Assembly (NCBI GenBank): GCA_964493305.1
Contig: CAZBLW010000001.1
Span: 384,037 to 448,036, forward strand
From: an uncultured Gammaproteobacteria bacterium
GTDB lineage: Bacteria; Patescibacteriota; Patescibacteriia; S139-126
Length of the DNA: 64,000 nt
Reading direction: 5' to 3'
Positions 56,283-64,000 of the stretch are shown piece by piece; positions within the stretch are counted from its first letter, which is position 1, and each line of letters begins with the position of its first letter. The notes under the pieces are model-generated. The model ran no database searches, was not told where the DNA came from, and was given only the letters and a program-made list of their open reading frames with translations. Position numbers and translations under genes: made by a program.

Positions 56283-57731
56283 ATGCCAGCTGAACAAACA
56301 AAAATTGCCTCCAATACTACCTGGTTTACTTTGGCACTTATTTTGCAAAAAGTTATATCTTTTGTTTATTTTACCTACTTAGCCAGAGTTTTAGGAGCAG
56401 AGAACTTAGGTCAGTATGTCTTTGCTTTATCTTTTATAACTATTTTTTCCATAGTTGTAGATTTTGGCACCAATCATTTTATTACCCGTGAAGTAGCGAA
56501 AGATCTTTCCATCTCCCAAAAAATATTTAGCAATATTTTAGGTTTTAAGCTATTTAGCTCAATATTCTCTTTAACCTTAGTTTTTATTTTTACCAATATA
56601 TTAGGCTACTCTGCATTTACTGCCCAGTTAATTTATTTGGCTGGTATTTTGATGGTTATTGAATCATTTGTTTTATCTGCATATGCAATTATTCGTGGTT
56701 GGCACAACTTGAAATTTGAATCAATAGGTACGATTGGGGTGCAGTTAATTATTGTTATAGCCGGTATCGCGGTTTTACAATTTACAACCAATCTAATAGT
56801 CTTGTTTATTGTACTCATTGGTGCCAATTTTATAAATCTGATTTATGTTTTCTGCTTATTACATTTCAAATTAAAACTTAATTTTGATTTTTATTTTAAT
56901 TTTGATTACTGGCGTAAAATATTTTTAAGTATTTTACCTTTTGCTTTGGCAGCTGGTTTTACCAAGATTTATGCTGCTTTTGACCAGATTTTACTCTCTA
57001 AATTAGCTTCCAATGCTGCTTTAGGTTTTTACGCTGTTGCTTATAAACTAACTTTTGCTTTACAATTTTTTCCTTTGGCATTAGTTGCTTCTCTATATCC
57101 AGCTATGAGTACTTATTATACGCACGATCGAGTTATGCTCAATAAAGCTTTTACCAGAGCAGTTTATTACTTGATTGTCCTGACTATTCCACTTTCTTGT
57201 GGGATTATTTTTATGTCGGAAAAATTTATTTTATCCTTATATACCAGTGCTTATGCTGACTCAGTATGGCCTTTACAAATATTGATAGCTAGTTTGTTAT
57301 TTTTATTTTTAAATTTTCCTTTAGGATCATTATTGAACGCTGCTAATAAGCAAGCCAAGAATACTCTAAACATTGCTTTAGCTATGATTTTAAATATCGT
57401 TTTAAATTTGGCATTAATACCAAATTATCAAGCCGCCGGAGCTGCTTGGGCGTCTTTTATTAGTACTTTATTTTTATTTATTTTAAACAGTTTAGCCGTG
57501 AGAGGTTTGTTGAAAATCGATTTTGTTTATCTTATTAAAACTTTATTAAAAACATTTGTCAGCAGTGTGTTGATGTTGTTATTTATGCAGTTGCTAATTA
57601 CTCGCATTCACTGGTTGCTAGTGGCTCTGCTGGGTAGCTTGTTGTATTTAGTATTTCAAATAATCCTAGGCACAGTAACTAGACGCGATATAAACCAAAT
57701 AATTCAGGCTTTTTATAAGAAAAAGTTATGA
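56283..57731 (+). CDS. Wzx-type oligosaccharide flippase
   Basis: Many TM helices; ARVLGAENLGQY, DFG, GFYAVAYK. Confidence 0.88.
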   Translation: MPAEQTKIASNTTWFTLALILQKVISFVYFTYLARVLGAENLGQYVFALSFITIFSIVVDFGTNHFITREVAKDLSISQKIFSNILGFKLFSSIFSLTLVFIFTNILGYSAFTAQLIYLAGILMVIESFVLSAYAIIRGWHNLKFESIGTIGVQLIIVIAGIAVLQFTTNLIVLFIVLIGANFINLIYVFCLLHFKLKLNFDFYFNFDYWRKIFLSILPFALAAGFTKIYAAFDQILLSKLASNAALGFYAVAYKLTFALQFFPLALVASLYPAMSTYYTHDRVMLNKAFTRAVYYLIVLTIPLSCGIIFMSEKFILSLYTSAYADSVWPLQILIASLLFLFLNFPLGSLLNAANKQAKNTLNIALAMILNIVLNLALIPNYQAAGAAWASFISTLFLFILNSLAVRGLLKIDFVYLIKTLLKTFVSSVLMLLFMQLLITRIHWLLVALLGSLLYLVFQIILGTVTRRDINQIIQAFYKKKL

Positions 57732-58834
57732 GAAAGACATTATTGATAACTCTTGATTATTGGCCCCACACTGGGGGAGTGGCTAATTATTGGTCTAGTC
57801 TAAATAAATATTTACCACCTCAGTTTTTTTCAATTTTAACGATCCCGTTTCCCGACAAAAATTTTGTTAACGAAAAAAATGTGATTAGAAAAAAAATACT
57901 TTTTGATTATTTTTGGCCACGATGGAGTAAATTAATTTTTATAATATTATCTTTAAAAAAAGTTAGTAATTTTTCAATTTTTATTGCCGGACAAATACTG
58001 CCTATTGGAACGGTATTATGGTTTTTGAAAAAAATTGGTTTAATAAAAATTTATTACGTATCGTGTCACGGTTATGATGTCATGCATTTACAGAGGAGGA
58101 AAAAACATTTAGCTAAACTTATTTTAAAATCAGCAGATAAGATAATCGTCAATTCAAATTTTACCCGACAACTTATAAATGACTTTTCGATTAATAATGA
58201 AAAAATTATCCTTATTTATCCTGGTCCCCAAGAGGCACTGATAAATTTAGCGAAACCAATAATCAGAAATAAAAAAACTGATAGTTTTAATATAATTACC
58301 GTAGCCCGGCTTGTAGCCAGGAAAGGAATTGATAAAGTAATTAGGTCTTTACCCCAAGTCGATAAAAAGTTGTCAGTTCAATACAATATAGTGGGAACGG
58401 GACCTGAAGAAAATAATTTAAAAAAACTGTCCCAACAAGTAACTCGACAGCTAAAGCAATCATCAATCAATTTTATCGGTAAAGTTGATAATGAAAAATT
58501 AGCTGATTTGTACAGACAACAAGACTTATTTATTATGCTCCCACAAAATTTAAATGGTGATATTGAAGGTTTTGGTATGGTTTATCTGGAGGCAGGTTTA
58601 TTTTGTTTACCAGTTATAGCTACAGCCAGTGGTGGCGTAAGTGAGGCCGTTAAAGATAAAATTACCGGCGTATTATTGTCGGAGTATGCTAAGATAGATG
58701 AAGTAGCTGAACAAATAATCACCTTACTTAGTAATCAGCAATTATTAGATTTATACGGTAAAAATAATTATCAATGGGCTAAAACTTTTAATTGGTCAGG
58801 GCAAGCTCAATTATTAATTAATTTAATGGTATAG
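57728..58834 (+). CDS. Glycosyltransferase family 4
   Basis: GGVANY, VARLVARKG, EGFGMVYLEA. Confidence 0.9.
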   Translation: MRKTLLITLDYWPHTGGVANYWSSLNKYLPPQFFSILTIPFPDKNFVNEKNVIRKKILFDYFWPRWSKLIFIILSLKKVSNFSIFIAGQILPIGTVLWFLKKIGLIKIYYVSCHGYDVMHLQRRKKHLAKLILKSADKIIVNSNFTRQLINDFSINNEKIILIYPGPQEALINLAKPIIRNKKTDSFNIITVARLVARKGIDKVIRSLPQVDKKLSVQYNIVGTGPEENNLKKLSQQVTRQLKQSSINFIGKVDNEKLADLYRQQDLFIMLPQNLNGDIEGFGMVYLEAGLFCLPVIATASGGVSEAVKDKITGVLLSEYAKIDEVAEQIITLLSNQQLLDLYGKNNYQWAKTFNWSGQAQLLINLMV

Positions 58835-58835
58835 C

Positions 58836-59537
58836 ATGATCTCCATAATTATTCCAACCTATAATCATCCTAAATTGTTATCTCGTTGCTTATTAGCAAT
58901 TAGGAGGCAGGTTTACAAAGATTATGAAATAATCGTGGTTAATGATGGTTCTGATGTAGATCTAAATAAAGTAATAAAAAAATTTCCGGAAGTAAAATAT
59001 TTTTCACAAGATCATCTGGGGGCACCGATTGCTAGAAATAAAGGTTTTGCTATGTCACAAGGTGAGTATGTTATTTTTTTGGATGATGATGTGATCATGT
59101 TTTCGGAAATGTTGTTGAAAATGAAAGAGGTATTAGATACACATTTAAATATTAGTTATGTATATTGCAGTTACCGTTTGGGATGGAAAAAAATAACTAG
59201 CCAAAATTTTTCTGAAAAAAAATTGCAGCAAATAAATTATATACATACTTCTTCACTAATACGACGTGATGATTTTTTTGGATTTGATGAAACTCTAAAA
59301 AAATTTCAAGATTGGGATTTATGGTTAAGCATGTTAAAACAAGGCAAAAAGGGTTATGCATTGAAAAATGAATATTACAAAATTATTAAACCTCGGCAAG
59401 GTCATATATCAACTTGGTTGCCAAGTTTTATGTATAAGCTACCTTGGCCAATTTTAGGTTGGACACCAAAGGTAATTGTTGATTACAATAAAAATCTAAA
59501 AATAATAAAAAATAAACATCAGTTATTTAATGATTAG
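58836..59537 (+). CDS. Glycosyltransferase family 2
   Basis: ISIIIPTYN, VNDGS, FLDDD, QDWDLW. Confidence 0.9.
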   Translation: MISIIIPTYNHPKLLSRCLLAIRRQVYKDYEIIVVNDGSDVDLNKVIKKFPEVKYFSQDHLGAPIARNKGFAMSQGEYVIFLDDDVIMFSEMLLKMKEVLDTHLNISYVYCSYRLGWKKITSQNFSEKKLQQINYIHTSSLIRRDDFFGFDETLKKFQDWDLWLSMLKQGKKGYALKNEYYKIIKPRQGHISTWLPSFMYKLPWPILGWTPKVIVDYNKNLKIIKNKHQLFND

Positions 59538-59652
59538 TCGATTAAAAACCAATTTAAACCTATATTTAGTGCGACTAAGTAAATAAAACTCCAATTTGGA
59601 GATTTTTTTAATAATTCTTTTTTTATTTAATAAAAAAGTGTAAAATTAGTAT

Positions 59653-60519
59653 ATGTCAAATATAGATTTATCAGTCATTATAGTCTCGTGGCGAGTAAAG
59701 GAATTGTTATTGATTACACTGAAATCATTATTTAAATCTGAAACAAATATTAATTTTGAGGTAATTGTTATTGACAACGCTTCCAATGATGGTAGCGTCG
59801 AAGCAGTCCGACTCAATTTCCCGAATGTTAAACTCTTAGCCAATGAAAAAAATTTAGGTTTTGCCGCTGCTTGTTGTCAAGGTGTGGATATATCTCAAGG
59901 TAAATATTTTTTGTTTTTGAATGATGACACCGAAGTTTTTCCAGATACTTTAGAAAAAATTTATAATTTTTTAACTAGCAAACCAAACCTAGGGGTTGTT
60001 GGGGGAAAGATATTAAATCCCGACTTAAGCACCCAGTCTTCAGTGCGCCGTTTTCCCCAAACAAAAGATTTGTTATTTATTCTTTTAAAACTACCACATA
60101 TTTTTCCTGCCTTGACTAACAATTATTTATACATCAATTTTAACTATGATGTACCAGCCAAAGTTGATCAGGTGATGGGAGCTTTTTTTGCTACCACTCG
60201 TGAGGTTTGGAACAAGTTAAATGGCTTTGATAAAAAATATTTTATTTGGTTTGAAGAAGTAGATTTTTGTTGGCGAGCAAAACAAAGCGGTTATGTAATT
60301 TATTATGAACCTTCAGCTCGAATTATTCATCACCGTGGCGCCAGTTTTAAGCAGTTACTCGCTTTACCCGAACAACGCTTATTTAATCGAAGTTTATTTT
60401 ATTATGTAAAAAAGAATATCAGCAAGTTTGATTATTATATATTAAAAATTTTTGAACCAGTTAGTATCTTGTTGGCCCTGATAGTACAATTACTGGAAAA
60501 AAATAAAAAAAATGTTTAA
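59653..60519 (+). CDS. Glycosyltransferase family 2 (WbbL/rhamnosyltransferase-like)
   Basis: IDNASNDGS, NLGFA, FLNDD, EEVDFC. Confidence 0.88.
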   Translation: MSNIDLSVIIVSWRVKELLLITLKSLFKSETNINFEVIVIDNASNDGSVEAVRLNFPNVKLLANEKNLGFAAACCQGVDISQGKYFLFLNDDTEVFPDTLEKIYNFLTSKPNLGVVGGKILNPDLSTQSSVRRFPQTKDLLFILLKLPHIFPALTNNYLYINFNYDVPAKVDQVMGAFFATTREVWNKLNGFDKKYFIWFEEVDFCWRAKQSGYVIYYEPSARIIHHRGASFKQLLALPEQRLFNRSLFYYVKKNISKFDYYILKIFEPVSILLALIVQLLEKNKKNV

Positions 60520-61996
60520 TCTATTTTTTGATAAAGATAAAATTTTATTTTATTTTGCTCTTATACTATTACTAGAAGTATTGTCTTTTTTTAGTTGGCA
60601 ATTTACAATTCTTCGGACAATTTTTTTTATTGTTATTGTTAGCTTAACAATTTATTTAACTTGGAAAAATTTAAACTACGGTTTACTTTTATCCGCCGGA
60701 GAATTGATTATTGGATCATTTGGTTATTTATTTAATATTGACTTATTTGGTTTAACAATTTCTTGGCGAATGTTAATATGGTTGATAATTATGTTTTTTT
60801 GGACTGGTAGGAAGATTTTGCAACCTCAGCTTTTTATAATTTTTTATAAAAACAATAAACCTATTATTTTGGCTTTTTTTGTTTTTTTCTTTTTTCTGTT
60901 TTTGAGCATTGTCCAAGGTTTATGGTCCAATATTAAACCGGATGTTTTATGGGATGCCAATGCTTGGTTTTATCTTGCTTTGTTACTCCCGTGGTTAGAT
61001 TTCAATAAAAAATATTTTAATGAATTATGGCAAATACTGATCGCAGCGGTGATTTGGCTTTTTATAAAAACCGCTGGTTTACTGTATTTATTTTCCCACA
61101 ATTTTTCCAATTTAAATGTCAATTTATACGATTGGATGAGAGACTATAGAATAGGTGAAATTACCTTTGCTGGAGGAAATTTTTGGCGCGTCTTTATCCA
61201 AAGTCAAAGCTTTGCACTATTTTTATCCCTGACAATTATTTATCTATTATGGCTTTTTTATAAGAAAAATTATTTTAAACAACATATTTATTCTTATGTA
61301 GTTTTAAGTTTAGCTTTGTCCGTAGTTTTAATGAGTTACTCTCGTTCTTTTTGGTTGGGTTTGGCCGGTGCTGGTTTTATTTTTATAGTTTATACTATAG
61401 TAAATAAACCAATGCTCAAGTTGTGGGTTAAATTTAGTTCAAAGCTATTTATATCTTTTATTATTTCGGTAGTGACAATTATATTAATAGTAAAATTTCC
61501 TTGGCCTCCTATTGAAGCCAACCAACAAATTTTATTTATCAATCGTTTAAAGAATCCTACTCAAGAGGCAGCGGGTAGTGCTAGAATCAATCAATTAAAA
61601 CCTTTATTTACTTCAATATTGTCTTCACCATTGGTTGGTCATGGTTTCGGCACCAAACTGACTTATCAAAGTACTGATCCTAGGATAGTGGCTAAGGGTG
61701 AAGATTTTGCAGCCAATTATAGTACTTATTCTTTTGAATGGGGTTATTTAGATATGCTGGTTAAGTTTGGCGTATTTGGTTTATTTGCCTATTTCTATTT
61801 ATTGTGGCTTATTTATCGACGAGCCTGGTTAAATGATAAAGAGCTGGCAGTTGCGTTTTTATTCGGTTTTATGGCAATATTAATTACTAATATTACTACG
61901 CCTTATTTAAATCATCCCTTAGGTATGGGTCTGATTTTTTGGCTAGTAGCTACGGGGAATAAATTATCTACAAACAATAATCATGTTACAACCTAA
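60512..61996 (+). CDS. O-antigen ligase/polymerase (Wzy_C)-like membrane protein
   Basis: Multi-TM; SYSRSFWLG, GHGFG, YLDMLVKFG. Confidence 0.75.
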   Translation: MFNLFFDKDKILFYFALILLLEVLSFFSWQFTILRTIFFIVIVSLTIYLTWKNLNYGLLLSAGELIIGSFGYLFNIDLFGLTISWRMLIWLIIMFFWTGRKILQPQLFIIFYKNNKPIILAFFVFFFFLFLSIVQGLWSNIKPDVLWDANAWFYLALLLPWLDFNKKYFNELWQILIAAVIWLFIKTAGLLYLFSHNFSNLNVNLYDWMRDYRIGEITFAGGNFWRVFIQSQSFALFLSLTIIYLLWLFYKKNYFKQHIYSYVVLSLALSVVLMSYSRSFWLGLAGAGFIFIVYTIVNKPMLKLWVKFSSKLFISFIISVVTIILIVKFPWPPIEANQQILFINRLKNPTQEAAGSARINQLKPLFTSILSSPLVGHGFGTKLTYQSTDPRIVAKGEDFAANYSTYSFEWGYLDMLVKFGVFGLFAYFYLLWLIYRRAWLNDKELAVAFLFGFMAILITNITTPYLNHPLGMGLIFWLVATGNKLSTNNNHVTT

Positions 61997-63011
61997 AATT
62001 TCTATTATTATTACTACCTGGAATGGGGAAGCTTATATCGAAAGATGTTTGCAATCTATTTATCAACAAGATTTAGCTAAAACCACCAATCTTAAGCCCG
62101 AAGATTTCTTTGATTTGTTAATTATAGATAATAATTCCGGTGATCGTACTCTCAATATTATTGCCGATAAAATAACCCCGAATTTAAAAGTAGTTAAAAA
62201 TAAACAAAATATCGGTTTTGCCAAAGCCTATAATCAGGGCATTCACTGGACAAGTGGACGTTATGTTTTTGTTTTAAATCAAGATGTTTATTTAGATAAA
62301 AAATTCATAGCTGAAACAGTAAATTTTTTAGATTCATATCCAAAAGTTGCAGCTATCAATCCAGTTATCTTGCGTTGGCAAGATAGAAATAATGAAAATA
62401 CTGTTGATAGTTTAGGTATAAATTTTGATAAGAGTTTTAGATTTTTTAATCTTAGTGAAGGTAAAAATTATGAAAATCAGTCAGATATCAAACCAGTGTT
62501 TGGATTTACCGGCACGGCAGTAGTATTTCGCCGTAGCGCTTTATATGACGTTGCTTGGCAAAAACAATTTTTTGATGAATCATTTTTTTCTTATAAAGAG
62601 GATATTGATTTATCGTGGCGTTTGCGCTGGCGCAATTGGGATATTGTAAATCTACCTACCGCCGTAGCTTATCACAAAAGAACTGCCAAACAAACTCATG
62701 ATCATAAAAATTATTCTGGTTTAATCAAAAATTACAATAAGAAACCAAAATTTATAAATTTTTTATCTTATCGTAATCATTTGTACTGTTTAATTAAAAA
62801 TCTGAGTGGTATTATTTTTTTACACAATTTTTTTTATATTTTTTGGTATGAGTTTAAAAAAATATTTTTTTTGCTGTTTACGCATCCATCAATCTTATAT
62901 CGTTCCTGGTTTGATATTTTAAGAAATTATTCTGAATTAAGACAGAAAAGACATTTTATTTTTCAAAACAAAAAAATAAAGTCTAATGCACTACTTATAT
63001 GGCAAAAATAG
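61983..63011 (+). CDS. Glycosyltransferase family 2
   Basis: IDNNSGD, NIGFAKAYN, LNQD, KEDIDLSWR. Confidence 0.88.
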   Translation: MLQPKISIIITTWNGEAYIERCLQSIYQQDLAKTTNLKPEDFFDLLIIDNNSGDRTLNIIADKITPNLKVVKNKQNIGFAKAYNQGIHWTSGRYVFVLNQDVYLDKKFIAETVNFLDSYPKVAAINPVILRWQDRNNENTVDSLGINFDKSFRFFNLSEGKNYENQSDIKPVFGFTGTAVVFRRSALYDVAWQKQFFDESFFSYKEDIDLSWRLRWRNWDIVNLPTAVAYHKRTAKQTHDHKNYSGLIKNYNKKPKFINFLSYRNHLYCLIKNLSGIIFLHNFFYIFWYEFKKIFFLLFTHPSILYRSWFDILRNYSELRQKRHFIFQNKKIKSNALLIWQK

Positions 63012-63781
63012 ATCTATCTATAATAATACTCAATTTTCGTTCGGCAGGTTTAGTTAAACAGTGTTTAAAAGGTTTAACCAATCATATAACGAACCTAAAT
63101 TATGAAGTAATCGTAGTTGATAATAATTCTGGTGATAATTTAAAAAATTTAGTGAATTTATACCCCGCAGTTAAATTTATTTTTTTACCGCACAATAAAG
63201 GTTTCGCTGCGGGTAACAACGTTGGTATCAAGAATTCTCAGGGTGATTTAATTTTAATTTTAAATCCCGACATCGCCGTGTTAACTGGTTCTATTGAAAA
63301 AATGGTCGACTATCTATCGACTCATAATAGTGTCGGGATGGTAGTGCCTCAATTGTTAAATCCAGATAAAACAATCCAATCTTCTGTTATGCGTTTTCCT
63401 AAATGGTGGTTACCAATTTTAAGAAGAACTTTTTTTGGTAAATTAAATTGGTCACAAAAATGGTTAGATTGGTATTTGTACAAAGATTGGAATCATCTGA
63501 ATCAACAAACAATCGATTGGGCCTTGGGTGCTTGTTTGTTGGTCAAACGTACAGCCGTTGATCAAGTCGGTTTATTTGATGAACGGTATTTTTTATATGT
63601 TGAAGACACCGATTGGTGTCGTCGTTTTTGGGAACACAATTGGGAAATTGTTTATTTGCCAGAAGCAAAAATGGTACACTATCATATGCGTGAGTCTGCT
63701 GAGAATTTTTTTGCTAAACTCAATTTTATCCACTTTGCATCTTGGCTTAAATATTTTTGGAAGTTTAGAAATAACAATTAA
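62999..63781 (+). CDS. Glycosyltransferase family 2
   Basis: VDNNSGD, NKGFAAGNN, LNPD, EDTDWC. Confidence 0.88.
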   Translation: MAKIDLSIIILNFRSAGLVKQCLKGLTNHITNLNYEVIVVDNNSGDNLKNLVNLYPAVKFIFLPHNKGFAAGNNVGIKNSQGDLILILNPDIAVLTGSIEKMVDYLSTHNSVGMVVPQLLNPDKTIQSSVMRFPKWWLPILRRTFFGKLNWSQKWLDWYLYKDWNHLNQQTIDWALGACLLVKRTAVDQVGLFDERYFLYVEDTDWCRRFWEHNWEIVYLPEAKMVHYHMRESAENFFAKLNFIHFASWLKYFWKFRNNN

Positions 63782-63806
63782 AAATATGGCTAATTTTAGC
63801 GTAAAA

Positions 63807-63835
63807 TTGACAATTTAGTCATATCAGAGTAAAAT
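63807..63835 (+). promoter_or_regulatory. Sigma70 promoter of mreB
   Basis: TTGACA-17-TAAAAT. Confidence 0.7.
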
Positions 63836-63886
63836 AGTTATGTTTATATTTAGATTGATAATTATTGCAAAATTGTATTAAATATT

Positions 63887-64000
63887 ATGTTTGTAAAAAA
63901 AATAGGTATTGATTTAGGCACCACTTATTCGTTGGTTCATTTACCTAAAAGAGGGATTGTTATAAATGAACCTTCCGTAGTAGCCGTCTCTAAAATTGAT
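63887..64000 (+). CDS. mreB: Rod shape-determining protein MreB (5' partial)
   Basis: [17 protein letters not shown]...[12 protein letters not shown]. Confidence 0.9.
   Translation, partial: MFVKKIGIDLGTTYSLVHLPKRGIVINEPSVVAVSKID

Noticed and set aside
56283-63781. Glycan cluster with an O-antigen-ligase-like gene as evidence of LPS
   Set aside because: No lipid A or Kdo genes are seen; Wzx/GT/Wzy_C-like clusters also serve protein or cell-wall glycosylation, so this looks ordinary.
387-63818. Numerous short antisense or nested ORFs in the track (e.g. 387-596, 5438-5752, 21463-21750, 33750-34241, 45696-46088, 63528-63818)
   Set aside because: They lie within well-supported genes, lack initiation signals and look like shadow frames.
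1-64000. CRISPR array, rRNA, transposase or intron
   Set aside because: None recognised by eye on either strand; short or degenerate elements could have been missed.

Overview
A 64-kb, AT-rich, gene-dense chromosomal segment that reads in the standard bacterial code (TGA is a stop, e.g. in mraZ). Gene content and order point to a Patescibacteria (CPR, Parcubacteria/ABY1-like) genome; this is inferred, not proven. Core blocks: lower glycolysis (pgk, eno, two tandem gpmI); rplJ-rplL with an L10 leader; mraZ-rsmH-ftsL-like-PBP-murF; tRNA-Glu(CTC); an archaeal-type AMP/nucleoside salvage operon (R15P isomerase, HAD, form III-type RuBisCO, AMP phosphorylase); uppP-mnmA-alaS; the infA-rpmJ-rpsMKD-rpoA-rplQ-rplM-rpsI operon; a surface-glycan cluster; and the start of mreB. 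The best candidate for an undescribed system is the five-gene operon at 120-6389 (Acg-type nitroreductase, Rv1355c/OxzB-type ThiF adenylyltransferase, Leu/Phe/Val dehydrogenase, PaaK-like acyl-adenylate ligase, 7TM sensor kinase). It looks like a small-molecule signal synthesis-plus-sensing module. Other notable items: an unannotated leaderless peptide with five tandem Ile codons and a full attenuator-like RNA architecture (20196-20345); a beta-barrel-like protein plus lipoprotein pair in a presumed monoderm; several missed small ORFs (one 63% acidic, one Cys-rich); an RpoA without alpha-CTD; and a split between SD-less or leaderless core genes and SD-bearing orphan genes. All functional calls come from motif recognition by eye; no database searches were run.
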